Shown: piece after piece, positions 56,690-64,000 of the stretch | Layout: every line of letters begins with the position of its first letter | How positions within the stretch are numbered: the stretch's first letter is position 1 | IMG/VR virus record: IMGVR_UViG_3300020049_016248 | Length of the DNA: 64,000 nt | From: a virus | Taxonomy: Duplodnaviria > Heunggongvirae > Uroviricota > Caudoviricetes | Reading direction: 5' to 3' (one strand) | The notes under the pieces: model-generated | Told to the model about the DNA's origin: nothing | Databases searched by the model: none | Seen by the model: only the letters and a program-made list of their open reading frames with translations | Position numbers and translations under genes: made by a program

Positions 56690-57438
56690 TGATACAACAA
56701 ATTAAGAAATATGCAACAGTAATACTATTAGGAATAGTATTTATACTTTTGATAACAAATGTCGCTACATGTAATGGTAAGAAAGATTCTGAAGAATTAG
56801 CTTCACAATTTGACAAGTCAATTGCAGCTTTAAATGATACTTTAAAGAAAACAGTAAATAAAGAAGGTGATTCAGTATGGCAACAAAAAACAGTATCAAT
56901 TGCTTTAGATGCTTTCGTTAATTCAGAAACGTTTAAATCTTTAGATAAAGATAAACAAAAATGGTTTGCAGAATTACAAAAAACTAAAGGTTTATTAGCA
57001 GCAGCTCAAGCAACAATAGAATATCAAAGAACTTTTATTGATTCATTGACATATAAAGGATTACCAGCAGTTGCATCAGAAACAGATTCTACTGTATGTT
57101 TTTATAAAGGAGATTCTTTAGTATTCAACAACCCCCCTAAAGATACAACATTTACTTATACAAGTAAAATTAATTTCAATAAAGATAAAGTTGAACATAC
57201 ATTAGAAGCTTCTTTTAATTTAGATTTACAAGTTACTCATAAGAAAGATAAAAAAGGTAATTATGTTATTGAATATAAACCAAGTGATGACCGTGTAGTA
57301 ATAAAAAACGGTAAGTCATATATGATTCCACAAATTGAATTGACTAAATTTCAAAAGTTCAATATGAAATACGGAGTTTGGGTTTACCCAAGTATTGCAT
57401 TTACAGGTGGTTTTTATTTAGGTACAAGATTTAGATAA
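56689..57438 (+). CDS. membrane-anchored coiled-coil protein, spanin-like
   Basis: N-terminal TM, helical region, C-terminal aromatic segment GFYLGTRF. Confidence 0.45.
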   Translation: MIQQIKKYATVILLGIVFILLITNVATCNGKKDSEELASQFDKSIAALNDTLKKTVNKEGDSVWQQKTVSIALDAFVNSETFKSLDKDKQKWFAELQKTKGLLAAAQATIEYQRTFIDSLTYKGLPAVASETDSTVCFYKGDSLVFNNPPKDTTFTYTSKINFNKDKVEHTLEASFNLDLQVTHKKDKKGNYVIEYKPSDDRVVIKNGKSYMIPQIELTKFQKFNMKYGVWVYPSIAFTGGFYLGTRFR

Positions 57439-57492
57439 AAATTTAATAATTTAATAATAATCACATATTTAAGGTTATTGAGCTATTTCTTA

Positions 57493-57729
57493 ATGAAGTC
57501 ATTAATAATTAAAGATTCTTATTATTTTAAATTAGGTGAAATCGTTGAAGGTAAACAAACTAAAGGTGGTTTACTAATTAACGAACATTTTATTAAAGAA
57601 GATTCTTATATAATTTTAACTGAAGCTTTAACACCTCAAGATGAGGAAAGAGTTAAAACTTTAGTAAGAGATATTTTAAAAAGATACTTCTGGAGACAAT
57701 ATACCCGTGCAGCATTTTTAATTCAATAA
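57493..57729 (+). CDS. small late protein
   Basis: LTEA motif; ATG 57493 lies 21 nt after TATTTA (57466-57471) and is preferred over TTG 57478. Confidence 0.55.
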   Translation: MKSLIIKDSYYFKLGEIVEGKQTKGGLLINEHFIKEDSYIILTEALTPQDEERVKTLVRDILKRYFWRQYTRAAFLIQ

Positions 57730-57753
57730 ACAAATTAATATACCTACAAAAAA

Positions 57754-59988
57754 ATGAGTAACGACAATCGTTTAATCAGTTTAATACAATTAGATTCAGA
57801 CCGTGCTAAATGGGTTGAATTTTTAGACGCAGTAAAGAAAAAAGGTTTCAAAGAGAGAGAAGATTATTTCCCTCATACTTCTGGAAACCCATCTGCTTTG
57901 TTTAAAGCTTCAGTTGCAAATGATGCTAAGTTGAAAGATTTACGTAAGAAATTTAACGTAACATCATTCGGTTTAGAATCTGTAGAAGCAAGTTCTGAAA
58001 TTAAATCTTCTTTATATGAAAGAGGTGATAAAGTAAAAGTATTAGCAGGTGGATCAAAATATATCCCTGGTACAATTGTAGAAGCTGTTTTCGGTGACAG
58101 TCATTATAAAGTACAATTAGAAAATGGTACTGTTGTAAGTAGAAATCAACATGAAATTTCTTTCTTATCAGAGTCTGATAAAATTGTAAAACCTAATTTA
58201 AGTAAAAAAACTTTATCAGAGTCTTTAGATAGAATAGGTGAAGAAGATGTTGATGCAGAATATTGGGATCAATATAAAGATGGTGAAGGTGTTGTTACAA
58301 ATAGAGGTCAAATAGAAAGTGCTATTGAAGCAGCTGTTGACGAGTGGAACTCTGGAGCTGAAGAAAGTATAAATGGTTTGAGTGAAAATGAAAAAGCAAC
58401 AGTATATGCATTATTTGACCAAACTGGTTATATGGATCAAGGAATTATCGGTGCAATCATTGCACAAGGTGATGGTTTATCAGAGTCTTTAGATAAAGTA
58501 GGTCAAGAAGATTCAGATATAAACAATGATAATGTTGTAGATAACACTGATGATTATTTAAAAAATAGAAGAACACTTATTTCTAGAGAATTAGGAAATA
58601 TGAATGAAGAAGATTTAGTAGATGAAGCTTTAAACTTATATGAACTATCAACAGATGATGATATGAGTGAATATGAAAGTGCAGCAGCTAAACATTTTGA
58701 CATTCCTAAAGATTTATTTTCTTTAACTGTAGGTGAAGATGGTTTATTAAAAGTGTCACCAAAAGATTTTGAGCAATTTGAAGCTGCTTACGGGCAGTTT
58801 ATGCAAGAAGAAATGGAAACATGGTTGAATGAAACATTTAATGCATTAGAAGAAACTGAAGAAGAAGAAATTTTTACACCTTCTTTAAAAGAAGATCACT
58901 TATCAACAAAAGAAGATAAGATTAAATTTATTTTATCTAATAGTTCTGATTATACAAAAGAAGAATTAGGTAAATTAGATGATGAAACGATTGATGATAT
59001 GTATAAAGCTGTTGAAGTAGGTTTAACAGAAGATAATGATTCTTATGCAGAAACAGGTGAAGCAGAATCAGTTAATAGATTTAAACCAAATTATGATTTC
59101 TTTGGTGAAGGTGAATCAGAAATTATGGATCGTTTAAAAGAATTAAACGATGAGCAAATTGAAGAGTTAGCTGAATTAAAAGGAATTGAATATAAAGGTA
59201 AAGATGAAACGATTTTAAGTTTAGTAGACTTTACAGATATAACAAAAGAAGATATTGAAGCTTGTAAAGGAAAATCTTTTGATGATGAATTGGAAGAAAC
59301 TTTAGAAGTTGGCATGACAGAAGATGAAGAAACAGATGAAGTAAGATATAACGCAGATTCAGAAGAATATAAACGTTATGATGCTATGTCTTCTAAAGAA
59401 TGGAATGATGCACAATATGAAGCTTCTTTAGAAGATAAATCTTTAGTTTACGATTCAATCAGTGATGAATATGTAATTTCAAATGAAGTTATCGGTAGTG
59501 ATAATAGACCTCAAGATATTGAAGTTGAAGAAAATTTTGAAGTAAATGAAGATGATAAACAAACTATCACAAATATTGCAGAGAGCAAAGGTTGGAAAGT
59601 GAAAAGTGTAACAGGTTTATTAAAAGAATCACAACATGAAAGTTTATTAAAAATTATTGTAGAGAAAAAAGGTATTACAGCGACAGTAGTATATGATGAT
59701 GATGCAGTAATTAAACCATGGTCATGGGAAGGTAAAAACTTTAATTTCTTACAAGAAGCTTTAGATTCAGTATATGTTCCTTTGAAAGCAGTTTTAAAAG
59801 AAGCAGTAAGTAAAGAAAGAGAAGAAATTAAACAAAAAGAAAAAGAAGTAACAAAACTTTTGGAAAGAAGAAAAGAAGCTTATAAAACTGATGATTTGTC
59901 AAAAACAGAAAAAGAAATAAGAGCTAAACGTTCTCAAGAAATTTTCAATAGATTTATGGATGACGATTTGTTAAAAAGAGGTTTTTAA
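57754..59988 (+). CDS. very acidic prohead core/scaffold-like polyprotein
   Basis: LDKVGQEDSDINNDNVVDNTDDYLKNRR motif of T4-like core proteins; many LxE sites; SH3/KOW-like module. Confidence 0.65.
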   Translation: MSNDNRLISLIQLDSDRAKWVEFLDAVKKKGFKEREDYFPHTSGNPSALFKASVANDAKLKDLRKKFNVTSFGLESVEASSEIKSSLYERGDKVKVLAGGSKYIPGTIVEAVFGDSHYKVQLENGTVVSRNQHEISFLSESDKIVKPNLSKKTLSESLDRIGEEDVDAEYWDQYKDGEGVVTNRGQIESAIEAAVDEWNSGAEESINGLSENEKATVYALFDQTGYMDQGIIGAIIAQGDGLSESLDKVGQEDSDINNDNVVDNTDDYLKNRRTLISRELGNMNEEDLVDEALNLYELSTDDDMSEYESAAAKHFDIPKDLFSLTVGEDGLLKVSPKDFEQFEAAYGQFMQEEMETWLNETFNALEETEEEEIFTPSLKEDHLSTKEDKIKFILSNSSDYTKEELGKLDDETIDDMYKAVEVGLTEDNDSYAETGEAESVNRFKPNYDFFGEGESEIMDRLKELNDEQIEELAELKGIEYKGKDETILSLVDFTDITKEDIEACKGKSFDDELEETLEVGMTEDEETDEVRYNADSEEYKRYDAMSSKEWNDAQYEASLEDKSLVYDSISDEYVISNEVIGSDNRPQDIEVEENFEVNEDDKQTITNIAESKGWKVKSVTGLLKESQHESLLKIIVEKKGITATVVYDDDAVIKPWSWEGKNFNFLQEALDSVYVPLKAVLKEAVSKEREEIKQKEKEVTKLLERRKEAYKTDDLSKTEKEIRAKRSQEIFNRFMDDDLLKRGF

Positions 59989-60031
59989 TTATAAACATAA
60001 TTTAAAAAAGAAACCATGTTGTTAATTCAAC

Positions 60032-60730
60032 ATGGTTTTCTCATCTTTAATAAAAATGAAAAAAATTCCAAAGAAAAGTCTTGAACAAGGAAAAGTAGGT
60101 GAAAATTTTGTTGAACAACATTGTCAAGAAAAAAACATACTTTATAAAAAAGCAACTCGTTCAGAGGATTTGAAAGAAGGTATTGATTGTTATATAAATG
60201 AAATTCCAACAGATGTAAAAAATACAAAAGATATTTTCTTATGTCAAGTTATGAGAGATTCAGGTTTAATAAATACTCGTCACCCTTTTAAATCTAGCAG
60301 TAAAAGTACTCACTATTACTTTGTGAATGTTAAACCAGACCTTACCGGAGAATTAATAGAACATATCTCTATTAATGAGAAACTATTAAGAGACTTTATT
60401 AAGAGTGAAGAAGATTTAATAAGATTTAAAAATTACTTAGCATCAATTGACACTAAACATATAAGTGAATTTGGTGTAAGTGAAACACAAGCTATTTTTA
60501 AAATAAAACAAGTTTTAATTTCATTCTGCAAACCAAACGTTAATATATCGTACAATGACCCAGCAGTAGGAGTTACTGAAGTTAGTTTTAAATTATGTCA
60601 AAATAAAGTAAAGGCAACTGTTGCTAAAGAATCAAATACACAATCAATTTTAGAAAGGTTTAAAAACAAATCTTCAACAAGTTCACCAATTGAAATTAAA
60701 AAAGAAAATATAATTGTTATAGAGATTTAA
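60032..60730 (+). CDS. PD-(D/E)XK nuclease-like protein
   Basis: G..GE.FV...GIDC......DVKN. Confidence 0.55.
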   Translation: MVFSSLIKMKKIPKKSLEQGKVGENFVEQHCQEKNILYKKATRSEDLKEGIDCYINEIPTDVKNTKDIFLCQVMRDSGLINTRHPFKSSSKSTHYYFVNVKPDLTGELIEHISINEKLLRDFIKSEEDLIRFKNYLASIDTKHISEFGVSETQAIFKIKQVLISFCKPNVNISYNDPAVGVTEVSFKLCQNKVKATVAKESNTQSILERFKNKSSTSSPIEIKKENIIVIEI

Positions 60731-61089
60731 TGTTAAATTTTTTATTTCGAAAATATCATTACTTTATAGTTTTTAAAGTCCAAGACTTTAATCCGGAGAA
60801 AAATTTAAACCCAGCAATCGTTAAGTTTATAAATCGATATTTCTTTTGGAGAGGTAGAAAAGTTAAGTACTTTGAACCATATATATCTAAGAATGATCTG
60901 TTTACTTATTTAATTTGGGGAACTACACAATCAAGTAAAACGATTAATAGAAATTGTTTAATTTTTCTTTTAGAGTTATATTCTCATATGACTAACCCTG
61001 AACAGTTTAGTGTTTCCCCAGAGTTTAAGACAAAAAAAGTGTACATTGAAGGTCAAGAATTGATAATTTATAGAGTTAAGAAAAAATGA
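60730..61089 (+). CDS. hypothetical protein
   Basis: 119-aa coupled ORF. Confidence 0.5.
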   Translation: MLNFLFRKYHYFIVFKVQDFNPEKNLNPAIVKFINRYFFWRGRKVKYFEPYISKNDLFTYLIWGTTQSSKTINRNCLIFLLELYSHMTNPEQFSVSPEFKTKKVYIEGQELIIYRVKKK

Positions 61090-61667
61090 AAACACAATTA
61101 GTATTTTTATTAGGGGAATCGAATGTAGGTAAAGATACTGTAGGTTCTATGTTTATTAAACATGGTTATACACGAGTTTCTTTTGCTGATTTAGTTAAAG
61201 AAGAGTATGCTAAGTTGAATAATGTTCCTTTAGAACATTTACATGAATCTGGTGAGATGAAAGAAAAACATAGACCAGGGATCATTCAACATGCTGAAGC
61301 TAAAAGAGCAATAGATCCGTATTACTGGTTAGATAAAGCTTTTGAACCTTACTTAACTTCAGATAAAAACTTCAAACCTAATTTAAAATTAGTAATCACA
61401 GATTGTCGTAGATTTTCAGAAATTGATTGGATTTATCTTAAAAAGAATTTAGCTTTAATAGACCCTAACTTTGACATAAAACTTTTCCATATCAGAAACC
61501 CTAGAACAACTGATACAGATCCTTTAACACATTTTGCAATAGGCTACGCTTACGGTTGTAATGTAGACCCGGATATAACTATGATTGACGGGATCATTAT
61601 GAATGATTCTACTAAAGAAGATTTGGTAGAAAAGGTAGAAAAATGTATAGAAGTTAATTCTTTATAA
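61086..61667 (+). CDS. dNMP kinase-like P-loop kinase
   Basis: GESNVGKDT, SFADLVKE, VITDCR..SE. Confidence 0.8.
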   Translation: MKTQLVFLLGESNVGKDTVGSMFIKHGYTRVSFADLVKEEYAKLNNVPLEHLHESGEMKEKHRPGIIQHAEAKRAIDPYYWLDKAFEPYLTSDKNFKPNLKLVITDCRRFSEIDWIYLKKNLALIDPNFDIKLFHIRNPRTTDTDPLTHFAIGYAYGCNVDPDITMIDGIIMNDSTKEDLVEKVEKCIEVNSL

Positions 61668-61697
61668 CTTTCACTATTTATTATAAAACTATTTATA

Positions 61698-61895
61698 ATG
61701 TCAGCATATTATGTAACATACAGACAACATGGTGTTTTAAAACGCGCAGTGTTAAGCCAATCTTTATATGAAAAATATAGTAAAGATTTATCTATTACTG
61801 AATTGCAATTCTTTCCAAATCAACAATTGATGGAAAGTGCATTTAATGAATCTAAAGGAATTCATACTAATTCTAAAAAACTTTTACATGATTAA
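61698..61895 (+). CDS. small late protein
   Basis: 65 aa; TATTTA at 61675 and 61690. Confidence 0.55.
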   Translation: MSAYYVTYRQHGVLKRAVLSQSLYEKYSKDLSITELQFFPNQQLMESAFNESKGIHTNSKKLLHD

Positions 61896-64000
61896 TGGAA
61901 AAGAAATTAAGAAAAGAAGTCGAATTTTTAGATTATATTGGTTCACGAAAAGAACCTTATAAATATCCTTCTTCACCTGCAGATTCAACTTATATTGCAG
62001 ATCAAGGTATGACAGGGACTTTAGCAGAAGCAACAAAGCCTGTTGTAGAAGAAATTTCTAAAGTATTAGAATATGTTACTGAATTTTTCAAATGGGATAC
62101 AGACCCGACTACAGATACTATTCTTAGTGATACGTTAACTCAATATCGTAAACGTCCAGATTATTTAAAAAACGAAAAACAATTTAATGCTTTATTAAGT
62201 GGTTGGTCGTTGAATACAAACACTATAGAAGGGTTAAAACCTGTAGATTTAAAATCTTTCAATAGTCAAGAGTTAAAAGATTTAGCAATTGATATTGATA
62301 GTTTTATTAAGTCTGCAGATATTCCTATGATTATTAGTGATACTCTTGAAGAAGATATGACAACAGCTGCAATAGCTGTTCCAGAAGGCGGAATGACAAC
62401 ATCACCAATCAAAAAGAAACAAAATTTAGGTTATACTTCTTTAAATGAAAACGATTACCCTGAAGAAGCTATTAAAAGTTTTTATGATAGACCTGATGCA
62501 GAACAAATTTTAGCAGATTTTAAAAAAATAGCTCAAGAGTATAAACTTAACGTAGGTAAAGATGAACTTATTTCTACTCAAATAGCTAAAAGAAACCCTG
62601 TTTTTCAAAAGGAAATTATAAGTAAATTTGATGAGTTAGCTAAAAATTATAATCTAACATTGCAAAGTTTAGGTCTACAAGAAGAAAGTAATAAGAAGCT
62701 TCATATTTTAGGTGTGGAGTTAGGGAAAGATTCAGGTTTTGCTCAAGGAGCAATAGGTAGAAATCTAATTATCACTTTATCAGATGGATCTAAAGTAGAA
62801 TCAAATGATGATGATTTGTTAGGTAGATATAAGCAACTTAGAACAGGTGATAGAAAAAATATTGAAAAGTTAAATAATATTTTGTATAGAGTACCTTGGA
62901 ATACTTTAAATGAAACTTATTATAATAAAGAGTGGAATTTACAAAGTATTGTTTCTTGGGTAAAAGACTATGCAAACGAACATAATTTAGATTTAAAAGA
63001 AATTCATAAAGAAGTTAGAAACAGTAAACTTAGTCGATCTAAAACTAACATTACTATTTATGATATTGGAGATAAAGATGGAATAGTTATTCTTGATGAC
63101 CATGTTGAAGGTGCACCAAGGTTAAATTCTATAAAAGTTATATTAGGTGAAAAAGGATCTTCAGTAGGAAGTTTAAAAAATGCAATCAGATTAGATGATA
63201 CAACTAAATCAGATTTGTTAAAAACATTTGATAACTTTTTTAATAAATTAAAAAAAGAAGATTACGATTATAATAGAGCAGAAATTGAAATGCAAGACAA
63301 ACAAGATTTTAATCAATCCGAATCAGATAGAGTATTTTTAGCTCAATTATTATCTAGTTATAAAATTAAATTCCCTCCTAATTTACAAGTTAAATTAGAA
63401 AACTTGTTTTATACTAACAACATTACAAATGTAAATGAAGTTAATTTAGACATTTTTAGTGATTCTTTCATTAAAAATATGAGAGGTAAAGTAGAAGAAT
63501 TGATTCAAAAGTCAGGTTTAAAACTAGATGCATTTGAATCTAAGGAAGTTAAAGCAAAAAAGATCGTTGAATCTTATGGTTTAATTGAAAAGGAAGAAGA
63601 AGAAGAGAAAGAAGAAGAGGTTAAAGAAACTGAAGAGGTGTATTCTTTTAAATCTAAAAACAGAGTAATTATAGTAAAAGGGTTTGAAGAAACTCAAGCA
63701 AGAGATATTGCTGTTAAAGTTATGGCTCCAAGTGATAAATTACCTGAACTTCCAGAAGGACAATATGAATTATCTTATATTCTACCTGGTGCTGAAGAAT
63801 TAACAGAAGACTCTAAAACAAACACTGCAAATCGTTATATTGTTAGTTTTGATGCATATATGTATGCAAAAGATGATGATGCAATAAAAAAAGCAGCAGC
63901 AGCGTTTGCTAGAAAGTTAGATTTAGAATACGATAATAAAGCATCTGTTTTAGAGATTTACGAAGCTCCATTCGGTTCTACAAGTAGTAGGAAAATTAGT
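61895..64000 (+). CDS. 3'-truncated large acidic LxE-motif head protein (at least 702 codons; absent from the track)
   Basis: ATG overlaps TAA at 61895; frame stays open to the window end; LEED, LNEN, LQEE, LNET, LTED. Confidence 0.75.
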   Translation, partial: MEKKLRKEVEFLDYIGSRKEPYKYPSSPADSTYIADQGMTGTLAEATKPVVEEISKVLEYVTEFFKWDTDPTTDTILSDTLTQYRKRPDYLKNEKQFNALLSGWSLNTNTIEGLKPVDLKSFNSQELKDLAIDIDSFIKSADIPMIISDTLEEDMTTAAIAVPEGGMTTSPIKKKQNLGYTSLNENDYPEEAIKSFYDRPDAEQILADFKKIAQEYKLNVGKDELISTQIAKRNPVFQKEIISKFDELAKNYNLTLQSLGLQEESNKKLHILGVELGKDSGFAQGAIGRNLIITLSDGSKVESNDDDLLGRYKQLRTGDRKNIEKLNNILYRVPWNTLNETYYNKEWNLQSIVSWVKDYANEHNLDLKEIHKEVRNSKLSRSKTNITIYDIGDKDGIVILDDHVEGAPRLNSIKVILGEKGSSVGSLKNAIRLDDTTKSDLLKTFDNFFNKLKKEDYDYNRAEIEMQDKQDFNQSESDRVFLAQLLSSYKIKFPPNLQVKLENLFYTNNITNVNEVNLDIFSDSFIKNMRGKVEELIQKSGLKLDAFESKEVKAKKIVESYGLIEKEEEEEKEEEVKETEEVYSFKSKNRVIIVKGFEETQARDIAVKVMAPSDKLPELPEGQYELSYILPGAEELTEDSKTNTANRYIVSFDAYMYAKDDDAIKKAAAAFARKLDLEYDNKASVLEIYEAPFGSTSSRKIS

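Noticed and set aside
1-64000. Stop-codon reassignment (TAG or TGA), as in some large gut phages
   Set aside because: Conserved enzymes are full length in code 11, and TAG/TGA occur at natural gene ends
1-64000. tRNA or rRNA genes
   Set aside because: No cloverleaf or T-loop consensus was seen in the short intergenic gaps; a tRNAscan run would be needed to be certain

Overview
AT-rich 64-kb fragment of a large lytic tailed dsDNA phage with a T4-distant, contractile-tail-type gene set. The host is probably Bacteroidota: leaders are A-rich without Shine-Dalgarno motifs, some promoters resemble the Bacteroidota -7 box, and there are PRMTT..QxNAI fibre motifs and a TPR-SpoIIE gene. The standard genetic code gives intact ORFs. 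Layout: 0-21.6 kb (+) modular tail-fibre/structural genes with an invading GIY-YIG/NUMOD3 endonuclease; 21.7-24.8 kb (+) methyltransferase plus two glycosyltransferases; 24.8-30.5 kb hub/tail chaperone (-) with a candidate +1 frameshift, tape measure and tail-tube initiator (+); 30.6-49 kb mostly (-) early/middle genes (ligase, TPR-SpoIIE, denV, P-loop kinase, 7-deazaguanine genes dpdA-like/queF/queD/queE with a coupled GNAT, exonuclease, dUTPase); 49-54 kb (+) RuvC-like resolvase, primase and fused SbcD-SbcC; 54-64 kb (+) acidic LxE-motif head proteins, a spanin-like gene, a nuclease and a dNMP kinase. Best candidates for novelty: (1) a DpdA-like/QueF/GNAT unit that may make an N-acetylated preQ1 DNA base; (2) a homing-endonuclease cassette with two recoded versions of its target gene's 3' end on either side; (3) a +1 frameshift at UUU-U-GG in the tail chaperone; (4) protease-processed capsid cargo polyproteins. 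All family assignments are from motif recognition by eye; no database searches were run.
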